63,880 nucleotides of DNA, filler included, from Octopus bimaculoides (GCF_001194135.2; 5 parts of 4 records of this genome joined end to end with filler, not necessarily neighbours in it); one strand, 5' to 3'. Shown: positions 24,781 to 38,709, counted from the whole stretch's first letter. Made by a program: numbers and translations. Notes: a model not told the origin generated them from the sequence alone.

Positions 24781-25334
24781 TGTGTATGTGTGTGTGTATG
24801 TGTGTGTGTGTGTGTGTGTTTGTGTGTGTCTTGGTGTGTTTTTTCTTATGCATCATAGAAATCACCGCATCGAAAATAATATATGGCAGTTTTACTTTTT
24901 TTCTTCCCGTCAGTTTCGGTCGCTTTCTTTTAAACCCGATCTTCTTCATCTTCTGAAACTCTCATATCGATAAACATAATTGGTTATACATAGATACGAA
25001 GTATTCGACCAAAACATTTTGTTACGCTGCTCCAGCATGAGCACTGGCCACTCACTGAAACGAATCAATGAATAAGATAATGAGCAAAGAGTGAAATATA
25101 CGGGAAATAATATATTCAGCAATGGCTGACAACCGTAAATCTTCTTGCAGTCATATTCACAACTAATTTATTTCAAGGAAACAAAGTATTAACACATTTC
25201 CTCCGAAGTGATTCAAATTTGTATTTATTTTCAAATTTACATGTAGAATAATATTAACAGCACCAGTTTCAGTTAGTCAATTACTGATCCTGTTTATCCT
25301 ATAAAACAACTTATTAGGAAGGCAATGTTTAATG

Positions 25335-25545
25335 GTGCAAACGAGGTGTCTGACAGAATTGTTATCACGCCGAGCAAAATGCATAGCAGGATTTCATCTG
25401 TCTTATCATTCCGAGTTCACATTCTACCGATGACAATATTGTCTTTCATCCCATTGGGACGATATATTAAGTACCAGTTGAGCACTGGGGCTAATGTAAT
25501 TGATTTACCTACAGAGGAACTTGTTCACCTTCTACCAAAATTTGA
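25335..25545 (+). mobile_element. SINE family A copy
   Basis: gaattgttatcacgccgagcaaaatgc...aagtaccagttgagcactggggctaatgtaat. Confidence 0.8.
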
Positions 25546-25759
25546 AAACATTATTTAATGATACAAATTATTAGATATATAAAACTTAACATAATTCTCC
25601 ACTAGAAAAATATAGGACATCATGAATTAGGAAGTGTTGCCATTTATTTAAAATATATATTACTTTCTAGATGATTTAACCGTCTTACTCATTGTGCTGC
25701 AGCCATGCAGTAGCACAGCCTTAAATGATTTATTTGCACAAATCAACCATAATAATTAT

Positions 25760-26220
25760 ATGTTACAAGCCTAGCAATTCTCATCTGGTTACGTTTTGAT
25801 ACCCTCCTAGGTTACGAGGATCTAAACAAACCAAAACCGACGGTGACGAACAAAGAGAAAAATACAAAGCCACGCACGCATACATACACACACGCACACG
25901 CACACACACATATGTATATATGACGGGCTTCTTTCGGTTTCCATCTACCAAGTCCACTCACAAGGTTTTGGTCAGCCCGAGGCTATAGTAGAAAACACTT
26001 GCATAACGTGGCACAAAGTTAGCTATGTGGTTGGAAAGCTATCACCGTAACTCACAGGCACACCAGCGCCTATATGTATAAAAAAACGCATAGACGACTG
26101 GCTGTGGATGGGCTGGGTCAAAAGTAAAACACGATTGCCCAAGTTTCCACTGGGTAGGATCGAACCGGGTAAATATGTGGAAAGAAAGAATTTTTTTACC
26201 ACACAGCCACGCCTGCACAA
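25760..26220 (-). mobile_element. SINE family B (tRNA head, CORE-like middle, internal microsatellite), fragmented
   Basis: gacgggcttctttcggtttccatctaccaagtccactcacaagg and ttttaccacacagccacgcctgc. Confidence 0.8.
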
Positions 26221-26571
26221 TTGCTGATGTTTTTTTTTATTTCAATATTTATAATTCTTGTTAATGTTCCTGTAAATTGCCTTCTATTATTTAGAAATAT
26301 TGTGATGAAAATTAGGATGTCTATCGATGTGAAGCTGTTTTTTAAAGAATCAGTCAATTATGTATGGCGAATATAATTCCTATCGTCTACGCGAAATTGG
26401 TATCTGAAATGCCGACATCAGCCTAAAAAAAAAGAGATCTTATTAAGTATATGTCGTTAACTTATTTCATGGTTCAATGATGATGGTGATAGGTGGCTGC
26501 TCGAAAATGATGTAGATAATATTATTGGATAAATAAATGAATAATGGCGAGTGTGTGTGTGTGTGTGTGTT

Positions 26572-26707
<136 letters not shown>

Positions 26708-27394
26708 TATATACATATATATATATATATGTGTGTGTGTGTATGTGTGTGTGTGTGTGCGTGGGTGTGTGTTTATATGCATCTGTATGTATGAGGGTAG
26801 ATATAAGCATATGCTGGTGTACATGATTATATATAAGTTTGCACGAATGTATACACACAATCACACGGCCACACACAGAGAAACACCCAAACACAAACAC
26901 ACACACACAAACACATATTATACGAATACAGTATATGTATTTATGCATTGATAAGTGTATACCTATGCACGTTCGAGTGGATAGATGGGTATCTTTGTGT
27001 ATGCGTGTGTGTTAACGTATGTGCGCTAGGACGTCAGCAATAATTCTCTCGTAAGGATCTATCAAATTACTGCCCGTTTTGAGCTGCACCCGTCTCGCGT
27101 ATGTTGGACTTGCACTTTTTTTATAGTAATATTACTATCGATTATTTGAACCGACTTCAACCTGTGTCTAATTGTTGTATGTAAACTGACCGAATATACA
27201 GAATTTTATTAGTATATCGATTACATTCTCCGTCACATTTATGCGCTCGAGTCAACAATCACTCGAACACACGCATAGGACCTTATGATTCACTTATCTT
27301 TAAACCACATAAAAATGCATTATCTACCTGCAACTCAGGTCCCGTCGACAGGAACCTCGAAATAATATACTAAAGGAGTGACAATATAAGCGAG

Positions 27395-27542
27395 GAATGT
27401 GGTTAGAAGCTTGCTTCCAAACCATATGTTGCCATGTTCAATTCCACAGCGTAATACTTTGGGCGGGTGTCTCCTACTATAACCACGGGCTGACGAAAGC
27501 CTTGTGAGCAGATTTGATACACGGTAACTGAAAGAAGACCTT

Positions 27543-27578
<36 letters not shown>

Positions 27579-27588
27579 NNNNNNNNNN

Positions 27589-27661
<73 letters not shown>

Positions 27662-28040
27662 GTGTACGCCTGAACTTGCGAATTTTGCATTGGTGACCAC
27701 ACGAACTGAAAACAGGTTCTAGAACATATTTTAGCGTTTTGCAATGCGGCAAACCCATACTTCGAAAATTGGTTGAATTGACAACCATATGGTTGCGGGT
27801 TCACTCCGAATGCTCGGCACATTAGGGATGTCTTCTGCCATACCTAGCATCGGACCGATCAAAAACCTGTGGCTGGATTTCGTTGCATGTGTGTGTATGT
27901 TTGTATTTGTGTCGGTTTGGCAACCACTATCGCTGGACGACTGGTGTTGGTGTGCTTACGTCCCCGTAAATAAGCGGTTCCTCAAAAGAGACCGATACAA
28001 TAGATACAAATACTGCCGTAAATTCATTCGAAAGTAAATC
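27395..28040 (+). mobile_element. SINE family B copies (5' half 27395-27545; diverged copy ~27789-28040)
   Basis: gtggttagaagcttgcttcc...ctactataaccacgggc...aactgaaagaagacc, and cttacgtccccgtaaataagcggttc. Confidence 0.75.
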
Positions 28041-28474
28041 TGAACAACCAGTGATAAAGAATGTTTCCACCCTGACATACATATCATAACTAACCCTCAT
28101 ACGAGTGGCAAATTATTCTCACTTATTTCTACTCAGCAAACTCATATTTACTACCAGACAAAATCTATTGACTTGTGGTGTACATTTGACTATTTTGAGA
28201 AATATATAACTACCCATCTAAATGCATGTTAATAGTAGGATGTAGCTTTGTACACAGACTATATAATTTTGCATCGAATCTATTGTTAAACTTTAACGTT
28301 CCTGCAGGTAGCTTTGTAGCTGAGAATTCTGTTTGTAATGTGTCCGAAATCTAGAAACTTTTAAATAAACAGAAAAAAAAAGAGGAAATAAAATCAAAGC
28401 AGTTCACACTTCCAGCATTTGTGGATGCACTGTTCTTGGTGTAGAGAATAAAAGATACATTTTAGCCATACACG

Positions 28475-28688
28475 AGGAATGGGTATGTGGTAAGAAGCTT
28501 GTTTCCCAGCTACATGGTTCCGGGTATATTTCCACTGCGTGAAACCTTGGGCAAGTGTCTCCTCCTATAACCACGGGCCAGCGAAAATCTTATGAGCGGA
28601 TTTCGTACACGGTAAATGAAAGAAGCCACCCGTACATATATGTGTGCGTGTTTGTGTCTGTGTACTATGTATGTACAGAGACATGTTT

Positions 28689-28725
<37 letters not shown>

Positions 28726-29235
28726 NNNNNNNNNNNNNNNNNNNNNNNNNNNNNNNNNNNNNNNNNNNNNNNNNNNNNNNNNNNNNNNNNNNNNNNNNNN
28801 NNNNNNNNNNNNNNNNNNNNNNNNNNNNNNNNNNNNNNNNNNNNNNNNNNNNNNNNNNNNNNNNNNNNNTGACTGCGGCCATGCTGGAGCACCACCTTTT
28901 TAGTCGAGCAAATCGACCCCAGGACTTATTTTTTGTAAGCCTGGTACTTATTCTATCGGTCTCTTTTGCCGAACCGCTAAGTTACGGGGACGTAAACACA
29001 CCAGCATCGGTTGTCAAGCGATGCTGGGGGGACAAACACAGACACACAAACATATACACATACATATATATACACATATACGACAGGCTTCTTTTCAGTT
29101 TCCGTCTACCAAATCCACTCACAAGGCTTTGGTCGGCCCGAGGCTATAGTAGAAGACACTTGCCCAAGGTGTCACAAAGTGGGAATGAACCCGGAACCAT
29201 GTGGTTGGTAAGCAAGCTATTTACCACACAGCCAA
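28475..29235. mobile_element. SINE family B: plus-strand 5' half (28475-28630) and near-complete minus-strand copy (28870-29235)
   Basis: gactgcggccatgctggagcacc...cgacaggcttcttttcagtttccgtctacc...gtaagcaagctatttaccacacagcc. Confidence 0.9.
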
Positions 29236-29239
29236 TCTG

Positions 29240-29640
29240 TCTCTCTCTCTCTCTGTCCCTCTTTTCTTTTTTTCTCTCTCGTTGCTCACACGTAACCATC
29301 GTCCATCTTTCGTTTCTTCCTATGACCATCTTTATTTTTCGGTACAGACGTTCAAAGAACAGAAACTTTGTTTCGTCTCTCTTGTATCTTTTCTCTTTTG
29401 AAAGAAAATATTTCTCCCAGCTTTCACTATTTTCCTCTCGTTTTGGTCCTCCATGCTTGTTATCGTTCGGTTTCCTTGTATGTCGCCACTGTTTCCAACT
29501 TTGACTCTCTGTAAATCCTAAATTTTATTTTAGAATATATGGGAGCAACTATCTTCTAAGGGACATATTTTTCGTTGAATGCTCGAAAATAGGAGTAGAT
29601 ACACAACCGACGACTGACAACTGAATAAGATTAGTTTCTC
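29240..29640. repeat. Pyrimidine-rich interspersed repeat, family unassigned (related copies in opposite orientation at 54666-54980 and 55370-55520)
   Basis: ctctctcgttgctcacacgtaaccatcgtccatctttc...ccaactttgac...gggagcaa aligns with the reverse complement of 54666-54960. Confidence 0.7.
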
Positions 29641-30068
29641 TGTTTATTGGTCCTGCTTTCCATATCTTTCTCTCGTTGTTTAAGTATTCAGCATTTTGTC
29701 TACGTATTTCATGTTGTTTACACATTTTGTGACGTACTGTACCCATATATGCACACACACAAACACGTATTCACACACACACATGTATGTATGTATATAT
29801 ATATATCCACATATATATCCTAATTTACGGTAAATCTCACTGGCGATGGCTGAGCATTAATTGCAAGACCAAATATTGATCGATATGGGATTATGCTTAT
29901 TACTTGTGAATTTCTATTTCCTCATTTTCTCTCTTTCACCTGTGCATATGAATGATTTATGTGGTCTAGAGTCGTTTTGACTTTCTATTTCTTGCATGTT
30001 CGTGCTTTTCTCAGTATCCTTCATTACATTGTAGTTGTATATATTCATATATGATTATAGACGTTTAC

Positions 30069-30106
<38 letters not shown>

Positions 30107-30196
30107 CGTATATATAAATGATTAATATGAAATATGGACTAAAAAAAATCGGGAAGCTATGATATACTTTCTGAACACACATGTGCGTGTGTGTGT

Positions 30197-30241
<45 letters not shown>

Positions 30242-32764
30242 NNNNNNNNNNNNNNNNNNNNNNNNNNNNNNNNNNNNNNNNNNNNNNNNNNNNNNNNNNN
30301 NNNNNNNNNNNNNNNNNNNNNNNNNNNNNNNNNNNNNNNNNNNNNNNNNNNNNNNNNNNNNNNNNNNNNNNNNNNNNNNNNNNNNNNNNNNNNNNNNNNN
30401 NNNNNNNNNNNNNNNNNNNNNNNNNNNNNNNNNNNNNNNNNNNNNNNNNNNNNNNNNNNNNNNNNNNNNNNNNNNNNNNNNNNNNNNNNNNNNNNNNNNN
30501 NNNNNNNNNNNNNNNNNNNNNNNNNNNNNNNNNNNNNNNNNNNNNNNNNNNNNNNNNNNNNNNNNNNNNNNNNNNNNNNNNNNNNNNNNNNNNNNNNNNN
30601 NNNNNNNNNNNNNNNNNNNNNNNNNNNNNNNNNNNNNNNNNNNNNNNNNNNNNNNNNNNNNNNNNNNNNNNNNNNNNNNNNNNNNNNNNNNNNNNNNNNN
30701 NNNNNNNNNNNNNNNNNNNNNNNNNNNNNNNNNNNNNNNNNNNNNNNNNNNNNNNNNNNNNNNNNNNNNNNNNNNNNNNNNNNNNNNNNNNNNNNNNNNN
30801 NNNNNNNNNNNNNNNNNNNNNNNNNNNNNNNNNNNNNNNNNNNNNNNNNTATATATATGGATATATATACGTATATATATATGTATATACATATATAAAT
30901 TATATGTGAGTGTATATAAGGTAGTTGTATATATATGTGTGTGTACGTGTGTTTGAATGCATGTTTGTCGTATGTACCTATACACGTTTCTTATTCCGTA
31001 ACTATGTAACAAAATATGTATATGAATCTGTATGTAATTTTACCTTGAAATATACACAACCCATCCATTCGCATTTATATTATTTTCGATTAGGTAATCT
31101 CTTTAAAAAGCATAAAGTAAACATAGACGATATCAAAAGGTGAGTGGAACGAAAGCAGACAAAACAAACCATACTTGATTTATGCACCAAGAATATACAA
31201 TATTTTATTATATTTTGTTATATTTACGGTGTATATCCCTCAACTAAATTTGAACTGTGACATGCAGTAGCAAAATATTCAGAGATTTCCTTGCACAGGT
31301 GATGGTTCGTCCATCCAAAGATATTCTAGAAAAAAAACAACAACACAAATCATCGAATGGTACACTCAATTTAACTTGTGATATTTACTCTTTATACAAA
31401 TATTTTGATATTAACTTTCATCCAGAAAGTGAACATGAACACACACAATATATTCAACTGAAGTCTTCGTATTTTCCTGACCTGTCACATTTTACGTATA
31501 CATATTCCAATATATGATTTAATTTTCTGCAAATAGTCGTTCGTTAATAAATATAGTTACCACACTCTGTAAAGACATCACCGAATCAACTACTAGCATA
31601 ACTTTTTCAATACATTTCTTAAAGAGAGAGAAGTGTTATTTTGAAAGCTCAGTGAAGAATATTGAAAGATTTTCTGTAAAGAATCATAAAATTGTCTATC
31701 CGTACCAACCGATAAAAGAGAAGAAATATAATCTCAAATAATCCTCGCTATAAAATATTCTAAAACATGTTAAATAATAAAATGTATTTATTATATGCCA
31801 TTTAAAATGTAGATTTTTTTCAGAAATTGTAATGCTTTTAATGTACAACATTCCTCAGATACGTATCCAATTCTAATTTATTAAGTATAATGTATGTTCA
31901 GAAAAGATAACGAAATAATCTCGTATAAGGAAACTTTGAATCCACTTGCATTAAAGGGCACGCCGTATTTCATATTTATTATATCAGAAACATAATTGCA
32001 ATCATATTTATGATAATGCACTGCCCTATGATATTTAAAGGTCACACTACACTGGTGCAATTCTAAATGCGTTAACATTGATCGTTATCATAAATTGGTT
32101 ATAAAGGATAACATTAATTTATACGAACATTATTGAGACAGAAATCTATGAGAATTCCCAGTCGTTAAATAGTAAGTCAAATGTTAGTATGACCAGAGTT
32201 TCTTAATATATAGCGACACTTATACAGAAGCAAAATAATCTGCAATGCCATATCTGCAATGCTAATAGGTGCCACGTAATTGAAGAGAGGGCAGGATGAT
32301 ACAATAATGCTGTTCGCTATACATGTAATCTAACGTTTGGTACTACAGTATTTTAGATTACAATATGTTCAATTACTAGCAGTTTATTCACATTGGCGAG
32401 AAGCAAACGTAGCGCATGCAGGATATGTGCTTTAGAGCACTGCATATATTTATAAAATTTATTTTGTGTCAACCCTATTCGAAAACTATGTATGGTTCGA
32501 TAACTAAATTATATTCTACAGCAAACGACTTTTTGTAAAAAAGAAAAGAAAACACTTTTCTCGATTATCATTATGAATTATTAATATTTCCACAGGAATA
32601 TATTATACCACTAAATCTCGATATTAGATCAAAATGCCATTGAAAAGATTTCAAAAGTTCTTGACTCATTCTTTCTCAACTTCGACAGCTTTTACTAAAT
32701 ATAGTTTTGTGCTTCTGTTATGTGACAAATATTCACCTACAAAATTCTTGTGTAGCAAACGTAC

Positions 32765-33010
32765 GTCATAACTATTTGGAAAATAGTTATGACTTAGCTA
32801 CTAATGGTCGAACCCAATGTTTTTTTCCGTAGCCAAACATCTCAGAAACACTTTCATCACATATATAATAATATGCTTCCTGAACACCCTATATGTATTA
32901 AGAAGAAAAGTAATGGTTACTATATTCTAAAGCGCTTACGCTAAGGCAAGTTTGAAGTAAATCTATAATGGACATCATTATTATTTTTAAGATCCATATC
33001 TTTATGTCTA
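32765..33010. mobile_element. Probable MITE-like repeat starting with a 13-bp perfect hairpin
   Basis: gtcataactattt-gga-aaatagttatgac (32765-32793). The family and extent are inferred. Confidence 0.35.
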
Positions 33011-34729
33011 GCTACCATAGTTGTGTTGTTATTAACCGAAAAGATAATGTACTACAAACTTGATGACATGATTTGCTAACACATGCTCTTTTCAATAATA
33101 TGTGCAACGCATAAACTGCTAATATTTCAGTTACCCATGTCGACACGACCTTATGATCCACTATAGCAGAAATAAAAATATTTTCGAAAGTGCTTGCGCG
33201 AAAATTGTGTAAAATATGACTTTAATCTTTAAACATTAAATATTCAAATATTTGAATATTTGAACACTAAATTTTCAAATATTTAAATATTTGTCTCATA
33301 CAATGTTTATGCTTATAGCAAATACTTAAGTAATATTTGAAGACATGTAGATACTAGCATACTAGCTTTGCCCTGTGAAACTTAAATGGGTTATGTGTAT
33401 TTATGAATAACCAAAGTGTTTGATAAGAGAATTTTGAATTAAAATCTTTGTTGATACTATACACATTATCGATAACACATAAATAGTGCACAAGTTTTGC
33501 TTACACGCTTATCAGATGCAGGGCAAAGTGTTAAAGAACATTGAATGTCTGAGACTGAGCGGGGCAACTCGATCCGAGAGTGAAACAGACCTGCAGCGTG
33601 TCTGAATAGGGAAACAAGCTACCGCAATATCGATATCCACCGTTGTACTTCACTTCACCTTCATGGCGGAGAGTCTCTCCTAGACTTGAGGCATTCAGTG
33701 TCTTTTAACACTCAAAGTCACGAAGAAAACTTCCTTAGGCCGCTGTTCTGCAGCAGATTGGCATATAAACAAAACACATACGCTATGTATGTGCTGTCAA
33801 CCATGTTTACTTTATTAGCGTTACATTTAATTTAAAATTTAATTTTTACATGACATCAGCAAATAGGCCTTTACACTATTTGCATATTTGTATCTAAATA
33901 GGAATACTTTCCCTTTCTAGGCGAGTTGAGTATGCACCTATGAACCGTTCGAAATACATACAAATATTTATATACTTACTTCTCGGTCACTCTCGGAAGC
34001 GATGATTCCCAAAACGTTATACCGTCGTGTATAAAAATTTACTCACACGTTCTATGTGTCGTCGATAATGATTGGACATATTTAGTTAGATAATTTCATC
34101 AAATTTCAACATATTAAAATATTTAATTCAAATGACTGCATATTCTATATATCAATAAGGAACTACAACGTTCAAGTAGTAGCAATTATTAGGATGAGAA
34201 CATGGTAACGCAGATACAGTATTTTCATTACCTAAACACAGAAGCAATTTCATTATGTATCTTTTTTCAGAATTTATGAACATTTTACCATAAAAAAATA
34301 TTTCCAGTAAATACCTGCGATTATTTCTACAATCTCTAATGTATGATGAAACATAATGTAGTTTACTTGGATAACTGGAAGTGCATGACAAGATTTTGTA
34401 TCATATTTAAACACTACATGTTTAAGAAATGAAGATGTTTACTGCTACTCGTAAATCAGTGAAGCATACGCTTATCTTTAAGACAATAGAAGCTAAATAT
34501 ATATCCAGATGACAAACACTTTTATACGCGCACGCACATCAATATAGACAAGCGCTTACACACGGCGTAGAAGAGGGGAACGAATTTTGTGCTAAACATA
34601 TATGCAGATTACTATAATCTTTATTCCACAGATATTAATTACATGTGGAAGGATTTGAACAAATACTCTTAAGAAACAAAATTATACATATCTATGTGTG
34701 TGCTTACGTTTGCATACATGATACATGCC

Positions 34730-34771
<42 letters not shown>

Positions 34772-35348
34772 CACATATACTGTAATTTTTGTATAATTAT
34801 GTATTGTAAATATAACAATACATAAAGACAGGCCTGAGTTGAAGTGCTCAGCATGAGCTAGAATTCATCTTATAGTAAAAATAGATACATAAGGGTGGAA
34901 AACCACAGGAACAATACCATATGTCCAACGCAAGATATAATATATGTGTGTGTGTGTGTGTGTGTTCAATTCCTTCAAGAATCAATAAATAAATTTATAG
35001 TATTCAGTCTCTAAAGTGTCTAAAAGGTACGGTAAAAGGACAGGCAAATACAACAATAAAAACTTTAGAAATATCATGAATGTTCAAAATATTTATTTAA
35101 AAATATTTATAAACATGCATAATTTCCAAGTTGTATAAAAATATGATAATTTAAGTTAAAACATTACGATATATAAACGTACATTATGATATAACATATA
35201 ATGGGTAAATATATACGGGATGATGAAGTTATAAATTTACATGTATTATATTAAAAACGTGTACATTAGGACAGAATATGTATATATACAATATCAGAGA
35301 GAGGAAGAGGAAAAAAAACGTATAATATAAAAGTTAAGTTAAAAGTAT

Positions 35349-35433
35349 ACATCTACGGACCGTTTCTGAGTTGTATCTATTAATATGGTGCTGTACGCAT
35401 ATTAGAGATTAGACACTCCCTTCATCAGGATGT
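35349..35433 (-). ncRNA. Type I hammerhead ribozyme in the Penelope 3' repeat
   Basis: Minus: ACATC-CTGATGA-[long helix II: gagtgtcta..taatatg/catatta..tagatacaactc]-GAA-ACGG-T-CCGT-A-GATGT. Helix I is a perfect 5 bp, helix III is palindromic and the cleavage triplet is GUA. Confidence 0.8.
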
Positions 35434-35971
35434 TTGTTATACATAAAGAGGAAGGAATAAAACTATAGAACACATAACAATCTTAGAGTGATATAATACG
35501 ATATACAAGTAAAACAACTGAACACAACACCTTACATCACGGCTCTTTTTTCTCAATTGCGGAATTACGTACATATATAAAAAAGCAGAAGAATATGTAG
35601 TAATACCTAACTAGCATAAGTTGATAAATTAAATTAAATTACCAGCCCAATCATATCCTATTACGGATTAGTACATAATAAGATTTTGTTTGTATTTTAT
35701 TTCCATTTTTAATTTTATTTAATTTTATTTATTATTTCATTTATTAATTCATTTATAAGTCCATCCCTAATCATCGATACAAGTTCAAATTATACTAGTT
35801 CTATTCCGGCCTGCTTATATTATGCGTATTGGTACTTCTATTTATTTTATTTTATAATATTATTTTTCTTCTTTATATATTAAATTATATTGTATTATTT
35901 TTATAAATATTAACTCATGGAAGTATTCCTATCTAAATCATTATTATTACTATTGTAAGTTCGAATTCATG

Positions 35972-36825
35972 CTATGATCCTTTACAGTCACTATTCGTCC
36001 TAACCTTCTCTTTAACTATCCTATTCTTTTCGAACTTCATAAGGAATGTTGACTGAATGTTATGCGTGCATGCCGGGATTGCATCAGTAAACCTGTTTAG
36101 CATGGTATTATTATGGTTTTTCAGTATTAAATATGCCTCTCTAATGCATAATCCACATCAGTTAGATCCAAGTTCGAACGGATGGGTGTTAGCCAAGATG
36201 GACCATGATAGTTCGAATGTTGCGTTTCTTTCCTTAAGGTCATGCATAAACAATGCCAATGCTGTAGATGCCCTATATTTTGAGTTATTAAATTAGCTCA
36301 TATGGCTTCCATATCTTTGTTTAAAATCGATCGAGCTACCTATGTACTCTTTTCTCTTTCCGTTCTGCATAAGAACGCTACATTTGTAAATTACGTTAGT
36401 CCAGCAGCAATTTCCGCTAACGGGACATTTCGAGGGAACTCTACAATTACATTTGGCTTGCGGCTTATAGGTTTTATTCTTAACTTTATTATTACAGCTA
36501 TCTTCTCTATCGTTGCTATTATCATTAGTATTAATATTGTTCCCATCATCAACTGTATCCCTAACATCACTTTCACGTTTTCTAACACAAGGTACAGTAA
36601 TTTTAGTATTTTCATTAGTAGTATTACTAGGTCTTAAATTATCATATTTATTTCCATCAGGGTTTTCCTTATTATTATCCTCATTACTGTTCCTACTATC
36701 ATTATAGTGTCTAATTTTATTCCTATTCATTTTAGAGATGATAGATCCTAAATTTGGAGAAACGGAATAGGCTAATTTTATTGTTGATTTATTACAAATG
36801 GTATAGTACTTGTGGTGCATAGGGA
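35972..36825 (-). pseudogene. Penelope-type GIY-YIG endonuclease ORF remnant with two in-frame stops (36293-95, 36158-60)
   Basis: HHKYYTICNKSTIKLAYSVSPNLGSII ... KCNCRVPSKCPVSGNCCWTNVIYKCSV..KEYIGSSIDFKQRYGSH..*FNNSKYRASTAL...SWSIL...*CGLCIREAYLIL...MLNR....CTH matches the PLE linker and endonuclease pattern. Confidence 0.9.
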
Positions 36826-37817
36826 ATATTATATCTTGCGTTGGACATATGGTATTATTCCTGTGGTGTTCGACCCTTTACTATAAGATATATATACACA
36901 CATATATATATAGGTTCCGTGTACCACACGACAGCAGCAACAACAATCAGCCAGCGACCACTTCAACAGCTTCGTCCAGCCAACGATGACCACCGCCGTC
37001 GCCACATCAGCAACACGAATCTACGACTACTAACCAGCATCATCGTCATGACCAACACGATTACAACCAAGCAGCCTTTTCACCACCAGCGTCTACACGA
37101 CTTTCTATGTACACCAAACTAAACCACCGCAGCACATCTCTCTCTTCGATTATGTTAGGTGACTTAGCTTCACCACGATAATAAACAGACAAGAGATCTC
37201 AGCCTGCGATAAACGTCTGTCCTCAAGGNNNNNNNNNNNNNNNNNNNNNNNNNNNNNNNNNNNNNNNNNNNNNNNNNNNNNNNNNNNNNNNNNNNNNNNN
37301 NNNNNNNNNNNNNNNNNNNNNNNNNNNNNNNNNNNNNNNNNNNNNNNNNNNNNNNNNNNNNNNNNNNNNNNNNNNNNNNNNNNNNNNNNNNNNNNNNNNN
37401 NNNNNNNNNNNNNNNNNNNNNNNNNNNNNNNNNNNNNNNNNNNNNNNNNNNNNNNNNNNNNNNNNNNNNNNNNNNNNNNNNNNNNNNNNNNNNNNNNNNN
37501 NNNNNNNNNNNNNNNNNNNNNNNNNNNNNNNNNNNNNNNNNNNNNNNNNNNNNNNNNNNNNNNNNNNNNNNNNNNNNNNNNNNNNNNNNNNNNNNNNNNN
37601 NNNNNNNNNNNNNNNNNNNNNNNNNNNNNNNNNNNNNNNNNNNNNNNNNNNNNNNNNNNNNNNNNNNNNNNNNNNNNNNNNNNNNNNNNNNNNNNNNNNN
37701 NNNNNNNNNNNNNNNNNNNNNNNNNNNNNNNNNNNNNNNNNNNNNNNNNNNNNNNNNNNNNNNNNNNNNNNNNNNNNNNNNNNNNNNNATATATGTGTGT
37801 GTGTGTGTGTGTGTGTA

Positions 37818-37849
<32 letters not shown>

Positions 37850-38661
37850 TGTGTGTCTCTACATCCTTTGCTCACTTTATACATTAATAGTTAATGTGTG
37901 ACGCCAAAACACTTAAATGTATAGGAGAATTTTTGTAAGATATATATTTTGAAATATGATTTGAGGAGAAATATAACTTTTTATTGAATTGAGATATGCC
38001 AAATATATCGTGCACATGTATATACCTACACACATACATACGTTCCCTCATTTCGTCGCTGGTTTTGTACCGTCCCTTTTGTGTGTATATATATTTACAC
38101 ACACCTTCAAAAAATTCTATCATGTTCGATTACGATCTCTTACTACTGAACTTGTTTATACAATTCAATTGTTTGCTACAATCCTATCTATACAAGCACA
38201 TTTGGTAATATGATGGAGATCAATCTGGTTTGAATTAACATTCTATGTCTTCAAGGTCACGTTGAAAGTTTGGCATGTCACATTCTCTCAACATGCTCAA
38301 CTAAATGGAACCAATCACAGCATCTTCAAAAAGGCATGGTTCAGTTAACTATTTGATGATATAAAGAACTGTAGCGTAACTTCTGTTGACTAACCATGAT
38401 GATCCTCCGTAATATGTTGAATAGAATTTTCCAAGAAAGTGCAATTCTGGATGTTAATTACGACTTGTTTTTGTGTTATAAAATGTAAATTTGGTGTAAA
38501 TTATTTCACTTAATTTTCCTTATTACTTCGACATAATATAGTCTATTAAAGCAATTGAATGTGTTAGCATATCTTGACAAGAAGGTTAATGATAACATTC
38601 TCATAGCAGTTAAATCAAAATATGTATATGTATATGTATTTGTATATGTATATGTATGTAT

Positions 38662-38709
<48 letters not shown>

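Larger units (their letters stand above)
34960..36825 (-). mobile_element. 5'-truncated Penelope-like retroelement (GIY-YIG endonuclease plus 3' pseudo-LTR)
   Basis: Endonuclease ORF remnant and hammerhead (next two features). It abuts (TG)n at its 3' end; that boundary is approximate. Confidence 0.85.

Noticed and set aside
33238-33261. Perfect 24-bp palindrome aaatattcaaatatttgaatattt
   Set aside because: It lies in very AT-rich, internally repetitive sequence where such palindromes arise easily.
36913-37228. CAC/CAG-rich block (a similar one at ~39000-39190) as a possible LTR
   Set aside because: No TG..CA termini, PBS or TSD could be identified, and it runs into a gap.
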